Shown in pieces: positions 1-8,519 of a DNA stretch of 27,094 nt (its first letter is position 1; each line of letters begins with the position of its first letter). The position numbers and the translations under genes were made by a program. Origin of the DNA: Desulfobacterales bacterium (GTDB taxonomy: Bacteria; Desulfobacterota; Desulfobacteria; Desulfobacterales; UBA2245). The stretch covers positions 558,001 to 585,094 of the forward strand of contig JAXGZF010000003.1 of assembly GCA_040771865.1 (NCBI GenBank), given 5' to 3'. The notes beneath the pieces were generated by a model. That model did not search any database. It saw nothing but the letters and a program-made list of their open reading frames with translations, and was not told the DNA's origin.

Positions 1-547
1 CCGCATCGGATTGCACTACCGTGACCAGCCCCTTCGCCCGCATAATCCCCGCCTTTGCCAGTGCGTCATCCGAGGTAGAGTCCATCTGAATATACAAATA
101 ACCCTTGGATTCTATCATGCTGACGGCGAGCGGATCTTTTTCAATCACCACAAAAGGAATGCTGTGAGCGTTTAACTCGGTACATATGAGTTGGCCGATC
201 CTTCCATATCCGCAGACAATGTAATGGTCCTTTAACTGTGAAATGAGTCTTTCCACCTTCTTCCTCCCCATGATCGCTCTTAACTCGCCCCCGATAAACA
301 TTCTCAACAGCATGCCGAAAGTATAACCGCCGGTGGTGATTCCAACGGTAATCACAATAATGGTAATAAATCTTCCTGCCTCCGACAGAGGTTCTATCTC
401 CGCAAATCCTACCGTACTGATGGTGATGATGGTCATATAAAAGGCGTTAAATAGAGACATTCCCTCGACCAGGGTGTAACCGGTCGTGCCAAATGCCAGT
501 ATTGAAAAAAGCAGTATGAAGGACAGACGAAATTTTTTTAATTCCAT
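1..547 (-). CDS. Potassium channel protein, 2-TM pore plus RCK/TrkA-N domain (MthK-like), 3' end runs off the window
   Basis: Absent from the ORF track; translated by hand from ATG at 547: MELKKFRLSFILLFSILAFGTTGYTLVEGMSLFNAFYMTIITISTVGFAEIEPLSEAGRFITI... with a pore helix and TVGF filter, then an RCK Rossmann motif HYIVCGYGRIG. Confidence 0.9.
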   Translation of the reverse strand, partial: MELKKFRLSFILLFSILAFGTTGYTLVEGMSLFNAFYMTIITISTVGFAEIEPLSEAGRFITIIVITVGITTGGYTFGMLLRMFIGGELRAIMGRKKVERLISQLKDHYIVCGYGRIGQLICTELNAHSIPFVVIEKDPLAVSMIESKGYLYIQMDSTSDDALAKAGIMRAKGLVTVVQSDA

Positions 548-672
548 ACACCACGCTTTAAATTGTGTCATAATCAAAACTTCGGCAATACCGCCGATAT
601 TTTGGAAGAGCCACAATAAAATGATTTAGCAATTTTGGCCAATACTGGTCAATCGCATATCTGCTGGTGTTC

Positions 673-708
673 AAAAAAAAAGAGGCGAGGTCGGATTGAC
701 CTCGCCTC
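673..708 (-). terminator. Rho-independent terminator of the L,D-transpeptidase/lipoprotein unit
   Basis: Minus strand reads GAGGCGAGGTC-AATCC-GACCTCGCCTC followed by T9. Perfect 11-bp stem about 30 nt after the lipoprotein stop. Confidence 0.9.
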
Positions 709-737
709 GTGCGTTTTACTGTAATCGGAATGAATTC

Positions 738-1073
738 TTATTTGTGCATCTGCTTCATGAAAATATTCTCGGCTTTCTGAGCCATATCTTCAGCGCGTGC
801 CGCTGCCTGTTCGGCCTTGTTGGCTGCGGCCTCAGCTCTTTGAGCGGAATTTTTGGCGTCGGCAGCCGCATTTGTGCAAGCCGTCTGGCATTGAGCACAG
901 GCATCTTTGGCGCTCTGGGCATCGCTCATCGCTTTTGAAGACTGACTCAGCGCTTCCTGAACCTGCGCTTCCAGCTGCTGAATTTTGGAACTCGCACAAC
1001 CGGTCATGGCCAAGCCAAAACATACCAATACGCTGATGATCAAAGCCAGTTTTCCATATTTTTTTGCACGCAT
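738..1073 (-). CDS. Lpp/OprI-like alanine-zipper outer-membrane lipoprotein (111 aa)
   Basis: ATG at 1073 with SD AGAGGAGG upstream. Signal peptide MRAKKYGKLALIISVLVCFGLAMTG|C, then SSKIQQLEAQVQ (resembles E. coli Lpp NAKIDQLSSDVQ), an Ala-rich heptad repeat and a C-terminal Lys (MKQMHK). Confidence 0.85.
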   Translation of the reverse strand: MRAKKYGKLALIISVLVCFGLAMTGCASSKIQQLEAQVQEALSQSSKAMSDAQSAKDACAQCQTACTNAAADAKNSAQRAEAAANKAEQAAARAEDMAQKAENIFMKQMHK

Positions 1074-1141
1074 TACTCTACCTCCTCTAAGAAATAGTTT
1101 TACGAACTGAAACAATGATAGGTCATCTTCTCTCTTCCAGG

Positions 1142-2131
1142 TTATTTGATACTTATCAAAGCCGACGCCGTATCACCTCCCTTCGCCAATATTCCGATAC
1201 TGACCGGAACGCCATCGGCGACGTCCACAGCCCGTTCAACCAGTTCCATGGAAACGCTGGAAAGAAGTCCGCTTGCTTCCAAACGTTTTATCGTATAATT
1301 TAACATATTAGGTATGTTGCCGTAAATATCGGGATGGACTTCCAGAAATATTTTCTGATTTCTGAAGCCGATTTTGACAGGCTCATAAATAATTTCCACC
1401 ACCGTACCCGTCTCAACCTCATTAAATAGAACGGCGATATCTTCAGGATATAAACGGATGCAGCCATTGCTGACCAGACGTCCGACCCCCCAGGGAAAGT
1501 TGGTGCCGTGAATTCCGTATCCCCTGGCAGACAATCCGAGCCAGTATTTACCCAAGGGGTTGCTCGTGCCGGGCGGGATCTTGGAAACCCCGTACTTTGG
1601 CCGAAGAAAAGCAGGGATTTCCCATACAGGATCAACCTGGCGGTCCACGACTTTAAAGGTGCCGACAGGCGTTTGCCTGCCTACATTTCCGATGCCCAGC
1701 GCATAGGTTTTGACCAGACCGATCTTCGGAAAAAAATGATATAAACGCATTTCGGGAAGATTGATCACGATCGCTTCAAATCGGGTCGGGGGAATGACCC
1801 AGCAGAGCGGAATCTTTAGATCACGTCCGGCGGGTACAATCCATGGATCGATATCCGGATGGGGCATCTTTAGCTCATTAAAGCCCAAACCATAAGCTCT
1901 GGCAATGTCCAGAAGCGTTTCACCGTTTCCCGTCTGATGTGTTTTGATGTCTCCAATAACGCCACCGACATGCTGTCCGTTGACGGCGGAGAGCTCGTAT
2001 CGGTAAGCAGCCCCTCCCCACACAGACTGGCATATCAGAAGACTTGTGGCAAAACAGAACATCCAGAACAGAATTCGTGAAGTCGAAATTTTAAATGTTT
2101 GAATCCGAATAAAACTCAAATTTATTCTCAT
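1142..2131 (-). CDS. L,D-transpeptidase, ErfK/YbiS/YcfS family, with LysM-like segment
   Basis: ETLLDIARAYGLG (LysM-like), IVINLPEMRLY, NPLG and catalytic motif GIHGTN...VSNGCIRL. N-terminal hydrophobic signal. Exact start uncertain. Confidence 0.93.
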   Translation of the reverse strand: MRINLSFIRIQTFKISTSRILFWMFCFATSLLICQSVWGGAAYRYELSAVNGQHVGGVIGDIKTHQTGNGETLLDIARAYGLGFNELKMPHPDIDPWIVPAGRDLKIPLCWVIPPTRFEAIVINLPEMRLYHFFPKIGLVKTYALGIGNVGRQTPVGTFKVVDRQVDPVWEIPAFLRPKYGVSKIPPGTSNPLGKYWLGLSARGYGIHGTNFPWGVGRLVSNGCIRLYPEDIAVLFNEVETGTVVEIIYEPVKIGFRNQKIFLEVHPDIYGNIPNMLNYTIKRLEASGLLSSVSMELVERAVDVADGVPVSIGILAKGGDTASALISIK

Positions 2132-2438
2132 ATTTTTTCTATCATTTAGGACAACTCAGATAATATAACTATTTTAGATAATTTTGAATATTAAGTGAAT
2201 ATCTTAAAAAGGTCAATTGCATTCTCTTAAACAAGGAAAAAACTATTTGCTGCCAGCACTACCTTCCGTAAAATCCAATCAGGGTCGTCGGAACAGAAAT
2301 ATATTTGACAATTTTTTTAAATTTTTTGATAAATACAAATTGATACAGGAAGCAATTTTTTTAATTGCTTCAGGATATTGCAAAGTTAAATACAGGTGGG
2401 TGTTGCACTCTGAATGCAGTGCAAGGGGAAAAAGCTTC

Positions 2439-4121
2439 ATGACAACAAAGAAATTGACCGGCGCCCAGATGATTATTCAGTGTCTTGTCGATGAGGGCGT
2501 TGAATGTATTTTCGGTTTTCCAGGCGGCGCTGTGATACCGATTTACGATGTGTTGTATGATGCTCCGGTCAAACACATTCTGACGCGGCATGAACAGGGC
2601 GCGGCTCACGCCGCCGACGGTTATGCCAGGGCTACGGGGCGTGTTGGCGTTTGTCTGGCAACCTCAGGACCCGGCGCCACCAATCTGGTCACCGGGCTTG
2701 CAACCGCCCATATGGACTCTGTGCCCATGGTCGCCATAACCGGGCAGGTGGCTGTATCGGCGATTGGGAACGACAGCTTTCAGGAAGCCGACATTTACGG
2801 CATCAGCATTCCGATCACCAAATACAATTATCTGGTTAAAAATCCGGATGATCTTCAAATGACGATTCGGGAGGCTTTCTATATTGCCCGAACAGGTCGT
2901 CCAGGTCCCGTGCTCATCGATATTCCCAAGGATGTTCAAAACGCCTGGATCAGCCCTCAATCTTTAGAACCCGTCGATCTTCCCGGATATTCTACGGGAA
3001 GAAAAGCAACGGCTGAACAAATTGACGCCGTTCTCGATGCCCTGCGGCACGCCCGCCGTCCGGTGATTTACGCCGGAGGCGGCGTCACATGTTCGGGCGC
3101 CAGCAAGCAAGTCAGAGCTTTTATAAAAAAAACCCGCATTCCCATCACCACCTCGCTGATGGGAAAAGGCATATATCCTGAAAACGAGGAGCTTTCTCTT
3201 GGAATGCTGGGCATGCACGGTACCAAATACGCCAATTACGCCGTCCATGAATCGGATCTGATCATCTCCATGGGCGTTCGATTCGACGACCGCGTCGTCG
3301 GCAATGTTCAGCGGTTTGCGCCGCTTGCAAAAATCATTCATATCGATATCGACCCGGCCGAGATCGGGAAACGCCTGTCAGTCGACATTCCCGTTGTCGG
3401 AGACTTGAAAGCCGTTCTGACAAAACTCAACAGTAAGGTCAACATTCCCGCCCGGCAGGAATGGCTCGATCAGATTGCTGACATCAAAAGCAAAAACCCC
3501 CTGACTTACAAGGACGACGGAAGACTGATGCCCCAGTTCATCGTCCGCGCGCTGAGTCGAATAACCCGGGGAAGGGCGATCATTACCACCGATGTGGGCC
3601 AGCACCAGATGTGGGCCGCCTTGTATTATCAATGCATCGAACCCCGAAGGTTTATCACGTCCGGCGGATCAGGCACCATGGGGTACGGATTTCCAGCTGC
3701 TATCGGCGCCACTGTGGGATGCCCCAAGCTTCCTGTTGTCGCCATCTGCGGAGACGGCAGTTTCCAGATGTGCATTCAGGAACTGGCTACCGCCCGCATG
3801 TATCACCTTCCGGTTAAGATATTTATATTCAACAACGGGTATCTTGGAATGGTCCGCCAATGGCAGCAGATGTTTTACAATCGCCGCTATTCGCACACCA
3901 CGCTGGAGTTCAATCCGGATTTTTGTCAGGTGGCCAAAGGCTACGATATTCCAGCCATTCGGGTTACGGAGCCCGAAGAGGTTGAAGGCGCCATAAACCA
4001 GGCCCTGAAAACCGAGGGCCCGGTGCTGGTGGATTTTCACATCGAAAGAGAGGAAAACGTGATGCCGATGATTCCTCCGGGCGGCGGGCAAACCGATTTT
4101 ATCTCAGAAGGAGAGGCCTGA
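2439..4121 (+). CDS. ilvB: Acetolactate synthase large subunit (biosynthetic type)
   Basis: FGFPGGA, RHEQGAAHAADGYAR, ATSGPGATN, DVGQHQMW and TPP motif GDGSFQM...NNGYLGMVRQWQ. Start moved to ATG 2439 (MTTKKLTGAQ) behind AAGGGG. Confidence 0.96.
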   Translation: MTTKKLTGAQMIIQCLVDEGVECIFGFPGGAVIPIYDVLYDAPVKHILTRHEQGAAHAADGYARATGRVGVCLATSGPGATNLVTGLATAHMDSVPMVAITGQVAVSAIGNDSFQEADIYGISIPITKYNYLVKNPDDLQMTIREAFYIARTGRPGPVLIDIPKDVQNAWISPQSLEPVDLPGYSTGRKATAEQIDAVLDALRHARRPVIYAGGGVTCSGASKQVRAFIKKTRIPITTSLMGKGIYPENEELSLGMLGMHGTKYANYAVHESDLIISMGVRFDDRVVGNVQRFAPLAKIIHIDIDPAEIGKRLSVDIPVVGDLKAVLTKLNSKVNIPARQEWLDQIADIKSKNPLTYKDDGRLMPQFIVRALSRITRGRAIITTDVGQHQMWAALYYQCIEPRRFITSGGSGTMGYGFPAAIGATVGCPKLPVVAICGDGSFQMCIQELATARMYHLPVKIFIFNNGYLGMVRQWQQMFYNRRYSHTTLEFNPDFCQVAKGYDIPAIRVTEPEEVEGAINQALKTEGPVLVDFHIEREENVMPMIPPGGGQTDFISEGEA

Positions 4122-4624
4122 TGCAGAAGATCATCTCGATTCTTGTCCGAAACCACCCCGGCGTGCTTTCCCATGTGGCAGGTCTTTTCACACGAAGAGC
4201 TTACAACATCGAAAGCATTGCGGCCGGAGAAACCGAAAATCCTGAGGTCACACGCATCACCATCGTGGTTTCCGGGGATGAATTCATTCTGGATCAGGTG
4301 ACCAAACAACTTGAAAAACTCGTTGACGTCATCCAGGTTCAAGACCTGAAATATTCCGAATCCGTCACGCGCGAACTGGTCCTCCTGACCATCTTCGTTT
4401 CGGTCAAACAGCGTCAGAAAGTTATTGCCACGGCAAATACCTTTGATGCGGTGGTTCTGGATATCTCCGAAAAAACCATGACCCTCGAGTTTGTGGGAAA
4501 CCGGCGCAAGATCGATACCATCATTCACGCTCTGCAGGAATTTCGCATCAAGGCTCTGGCCCGAACCGGAATCGTCGCCGTTCCCCTGGAAAGTCAGATC
4601 GAAAAAGAACGCACCCTGCTCTGA
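4121..4624 (+). CDS. ilvN: Acetolactate synthase small regulatory subunit (ACT domain)
   Basis: NHPGVLSHVAGLFTRRAYNIESI, KQLEKLVDVI, RELVL, ARTG. TGATG overlap with the ilvB stop. Confidence 0.95.
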   Translation: MQKIISILVRNHPGVLSHVAGLFTRRAYNIESIAAGETENPEVTRITIVVSGDEFILDQVTKQLEKLVDVIQVQDLKYSESVTRELVLLTIFVSVKQRQKVIATANTFDAVVLDISEKTMTLEFVGNRRKIDTIIHALQEFRIKALARTGIVAVPLESQIEKERTLL

Positions 4625-4649
4625 CAAAGCCGACAAAAAGTTTTTAAAG

Positions 4650-4684
4650 GGGTGTCAGCAGTTTTCTGCGCTGAAAAGACACCC
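4650..4684. terminator. Hairpin between convergent ilvN and hemerythrin; possible terminator
   Basis: GGGTGTC...GACACCC outer stem with inner TTTTC/GAAAA pairing. No strong adjacent U-tract. Confidence 0.4.
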
Positions 4685-4724
4685 ATCACCGCAACCGTGA
4701 AGTTACGGGATCAATCCAGCCGGA

Positions 4725-5129
4725 TCATATGATTTTAAACAGAAACGTTCCGAGTCTTTGGTCGGTATTCAGGATATGATTCACCATCCATTCTCTGAGA
4801 AAAGCGATCATGTTCCGGCAAAGCTCCGGGTGCCCTTGCTCAAAATCATTCAGAAAAGCCAGAGTTTTATCCATGAATAACTTGTGTTCTTTACTGTGGT
4901 CAAGTAATTCAGGATAATTGAATTCGTTCATCAGGTTTTGTTCGGTCGTAAAATGATAATCTGTGTACCGGACCATTTCTTTCAGAATTCCCAGGATTTG
5001 TGGGGAACTGCAGGATTGGACAGAAGCTGCTTCCAACAGCTGATTGAAAAAATCAAAAAGCTTCTGATGCTGCTGATCGATTTCAGGAATCCGGGTGTTG
5101 AAACGATCCTCCCATTGAATTTTTTTCAT
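4725..5129 (-). CDS. Bacteriohemerythrin (single-domain di-iron protein)
   Basis: IQWEDRFNTRIPEIDQQHQKL, YTDYHFTTEQ, HSKEH, WMVNHILNTD supply the H/HxxxE/HxxxH/HxxxxD ligand set. ATG 5129 preceded by AAGGA. Confidence 0.93.
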   Translation of the reverse strand: MKKIQWEDRFNTRIPEIDQQHQKLFDFFNQLLEAASVQSCSSPQILGILKEMVRYTDYHFTTEQNLMNEFNYPELLDHSKEHKLFMDKTLAFLNDFEQGHPELCRNMIAFLREWMVNHILNTDQRLGTFLFKII

Positions 5130-5462
5130 AGTGTATCCTTTCGGCCCGATAAGGGCCATTTTTTCATGGGAATACTAATTGTGTTGCTGTCGCGTTTCTC
5201 CGGCGCGCAACGGAATTAAAAAAATCAGAACAAAAAGATCTGAGGAAAAACAATTTTCTTCGCATTTTCCTTTGACTTTGGCAATGAGAAATTATTGCTT
5301 GTCAATTATCATAAAAATAGTGATAATATATTTGTATTGATGTTATGCAGTACCCGGTACTCTGACCGGTTCGATTTCCGCCAAACCATTGCCGCCGACA
5401 GCATCGTTCAAACAAGGCGCAGAACATATAACGATAAAATCTGAAAAAAAGGAGGTATTTCG

Positions 5463-5924
5463 ATGGCAAAAAAAATTCTCATTGCATTTGATGATTCAAC
5501 TAACGCCAAAAGAGCCGTGGAATTCGTTGCCAATCATTTCACCGCCGACCACGAGATCACATTGATAAGCGTGATGCAGGACGTTGCAGCCCTTTGTGAA
5601 ATGGCCAGTCCCGAGCTGACCGCCCATTTTCTTTCCCAGCGGACGACCTTCTGCGCTCTGGAAGAAGAAAAAAAGCAACTCGTGATGGCCGCTTTGAAAG
5701 TTGCCAAAAAATCCCTCGAGGATGCTGGTTTCAAGAACATTGCCGTCAAGGCCGAGCCCAAAAAGAAAGGAGTCGTCAGAGACATCGTTTCCGAATCCAA
5801 GGCGGGTTACGACATCATCGTCATGGGCCGAAGAGGTTTAACGGCCGTCAAAGAATTCCTGATGGGGAGCGTCTCTCAAAAGGTGCTTCATATGGCCGAT
5901 ACAACCGTGCTGATCGTCAACTGA
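5463..5924 (+). CDS. Universal stress protein (UspA family)
   Basis: KKILIAFDDS at the N-terminus; DIIVMGRRGL...LMGSVSQKVL at the C-terminus; strong SD GGAGG. Confidence 0.94.
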   Translation: MAKKILIAFDDSTNAKRAVEFVANHFTADHEITLISVMQDVAALCEMASPELTAHFLSQRTTFCALEEEKKQLVMAALKVAKKSLEDAGFKNIAVKAEPKKKGVVRDIVSESKAGYDIIVMGRRGLTAVKEFLMGSVSQKVLHMADTTVLIVN

Positions 5925-5961
5925 TTTTTTCAGATATTTCGAGACATTTATCCGGTTTTCG

Positions 5962-5987
5962 CGGAGAAAAACATATGTTTTTCTCCG
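5962..5987. terminator. Perfect 26-bp palindrome between convergent usp and hdrA; probable terminator hairpin
   Basis: CGGAGAAAAACATATGTTTTTCTCCG is its own reverse complement. A T6 tract follows shortly after on the + strand. Confidence 0.65.
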
Positions 5988-6030
5988 TGCCGTTTTTTCG
6001 GGCGCCGCGCCGCTATGGGTAAGGCGCCTA

Positions 6031-8457
6031 TTAAATTTTCCTGTTTTTCGATAGAATTTCAATGGTTCGCGCGATCTCTTCCTCAGACGCCTGCTGCCGG
6101 AGTTTTTCCATTCGATCCATGACGCCGGCGAATCGGATTCCCTCCGCCGCGCTGATCCACTCCAGTTGAAGCCGTTCCGGACGCAGGCCGAGTTTTTCCA
6201 TCTTTTTTTGAACCTTGATCACCCGTTTTTCGGTCCAGTGATTGGCATCAATGTAATGACAATCGCCGATGTGGCACCCGCTGACCAGAATCACCGGCGC
6301 CCCCTTGGCAAAACCATGCCAGATGAATTTTTCATCTACCCGGCCCGAACACATCGTGCGGATCAGCCGGACGCTGGATGGATACTGAAGCCGGGAAACG
6401 CCGGCATAATCGGCGCCCGCGTAAGAACACCAGTTGCAGGCAAAGGCGAGGACTTTTTGATCTGCATTTTCGGCCAGCATTGCATCAATCTGGGACATAA
6501 TCTGCTCATCGGTGAAATGATTCATGATGATCGCGCCAAAGGGACATTCAGCGCCGCAGGTTCCGCACCCGGCGCAGGCCGCGGCATTGATCACGGCCGG
6601 GGTTTTTTTGACTCGGTCCACGGTGATGGCGTTGTAGGGGCATACCTCAGCGCATTTGCCGCAGGACGTGCAATGTTCAGCAACAACCTCGGAAATGATG
6701 GGTTCTGAGCTGATTTCTCCCTTGTGCATCAGCCGTATGGCCCGAGCAGCGGCTGCCGACGCCTGGGTGACGCTGTCCTTGATGTCCTTGGGTCCTTCGG
6801 CGCAACCGGCGTAAAACACGCCCCGGGTGGCCGCATCCACGGGCTGAAGCTTGGGATGGGCTTCCAGAAAAAATCCGTCCGGCGTCAGCTGAAGCCCCAG
6901 CATTTCCTGAATCCGCTGAGTGCTTGCCGACGGCTTTATGCCCAGAGCCAGAACCAGCATGTCGAGTTCATGATATTCCAGGTTCCCGGTCGCCGTGTTT
7001 TCAACTGCCACCCTGAGGCGCTTGTCGGAGAGCTCCTCAACCGTACCGGGCAGTCCCCGAAGATACTTGACTCCGAATCTTCGGCTGCGCAGATACAGGT
7101 CCTCGAATCCTTTTCCGAATGCGCGGATATCGATGTAAAAAACCTTGATATCCATATCCGGGTAATGCTCCCTGAGCAGGAGGGTGCTCTTGACCGTATT
7201 CATGCAGCAGATGTTGGAGCAATATTCCGCGCCCTTTCTTGCCGAACGCGATCCGACGCACTGAATGAACCCGACCGATGCGGGACGCCTTCGGTCCGTA
7301 GGCCGGATCAGTTCGCCCTTGGAAGGACCGCCGGCATTGACCAGCCGTTCAAACTCAAAACTGGTCAGCACGTTTTCAAACCGGGTATACCCGTATTCAT
7401 CGAGTTCCGTGGGATCATAGACATCAAGACCCGTCGCCACCACAATGGAACCGACCTTTTCCACAACCTCCTCATCCGACATGCCGAAATCAATGCAGCC
7501 TTTGGCGCAGGCGGTCACGCACTTGGCGCATACCGAGGGGGTGTGCCCCAGACATTCATTGATGTTGATCACATAGGACGAGGGCACCGCCTGGGGAAAG
7601 GGAGAGTAGATCGCCCTGCGGGAGGAAAGGCCGAGATTGAATTCATCCGGGCGCACCACCGGGCAGACCTTGGCGCATTCACCGCAGGCCGTGCATTGGG
7701 CTTCATCGACGTACCGGGCCTTTTTGACGATTCGAACCTCGAAATTGCCGACATAGCCTTTTACATCCGCCACTTCGCTGAGCGTGTAGAGTTTAATTCT
7801 GGGATGTCGACCGACATCCGTCATCTTCGGCCCGAGAATTCAGATGGAACAATCCATGGTGGGAAAGGTCTTGTCCAGCTGTGCCATGACTCCGCCGATC
7901 GACGGTTTTTTTTCCACCATGACCACCTCGTAGCCGTTGTCAGCCAGATCCAGGGCGGACTGAATGCCGGCCACGCCACCGCCGATCACCAGGGCCCTTC
8001 GGGTCAGCGGAAGGATCTGCTCGGTCAGAGGACGAAGATGCCGGACCCGTCCGACCGCCATTCTGACCAGATCCATCGCCTTTTCCGTGGCACCCTGCCG
8101 GTCGTGCATGTGCACCCAGCTGCACTGTTCGCGCAGATTGGCCATCTCCAGCATATAGGGATTGAGCCCGACCGACTGGACCATCTGCCGGAAGGTCGTT
8201 TCGTGAAGCCGGGGAGAACACGAGGCCACCACGATGCGGTCCAGGCCGTATTCAAGAATGTCCGACTTCATCTCCTGCTGGCCCGGCTCCGAACAGGAAT
8301 AGGTGACGCTGCGAGCGACGACGACGTTCGGCAGATTTTCCGCAATTTCGGCCACTTTTTTGCAATCGACCGTCTGAGCGATGTTCAAACCGCACTGACA
8401 GACGTAAACGCCGATTCGCGGTTCCTGGGTCGCCGGGGTTGTATTCTTGTCTTCCAT
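6031..8457 (-). CDS. hdrA: Heterodisulfide reductase subunit A with fused C-terminal MvhD domain; selenoprotein (Sec206 at TGA 7840-7842), 808 aa
   Basis: Track ORFs 7840..8529 and 6031..7824 are in the same frame and join as KTFPTMDCSI-TGA-ILGPKM (HdrA consensus KTFPTxDCxxCILxPK). Also IGVYVCQCG, VIGGGVAG, CVGSR..YCSNICC, two 2x[4Fe-4S] segments and MvhD motifs CNWCSYAGAD / MCSGRVD / GCHIGDCHY. ATG 8457 with SD GGAAGG. Confidence 0.92.
7795..7842 (-). promoter_or_regulatory. Bacterial SECIS element with its UGA codon
   Basis: mRNA: UGA-AUUCUCGGGCCGAAGAUGAC-GGAUGUC-GGUC-GACAUCC-CAGAAUU. A perfect 7-bp upper stem closes a G-initiated 4-nt loop 27 nt after UGA, with possible basal AAUUCU/AGAAUU pairing. 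Confidence 0.85.
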
Positions 8458-8519
8458 TGTCTTTCCTTCCAAGTTGAAATACGCGGATAATTCGGCCGGA
8501 TTGTCCGCAACACATCCGT

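Noticed and set aside
2217..2438. 74-aa N-terminal extension of IlvB or an ilv attenuator leader peptide
   Set aside because: The region is AT-rich and promoter-like (TTGACA at 2305), the recognisable IlvB sequence begins at ATG 2439, and no Leu/Val/Ile-rich leader with terminator was found.
1..2440. Apparently lower GC at the left end as a horizontally acquired island
   Set aside because: Judged by eye only. There is no integrase, tRNA or direct repeat, and the genes are ordinary envelope and transport functions.
6724..8490. 588-aa + strand ORF
   Set aside because: It is the codon-aligned antisense shadow of hdrA in GC-rich DNA and has no recognisable motifs.
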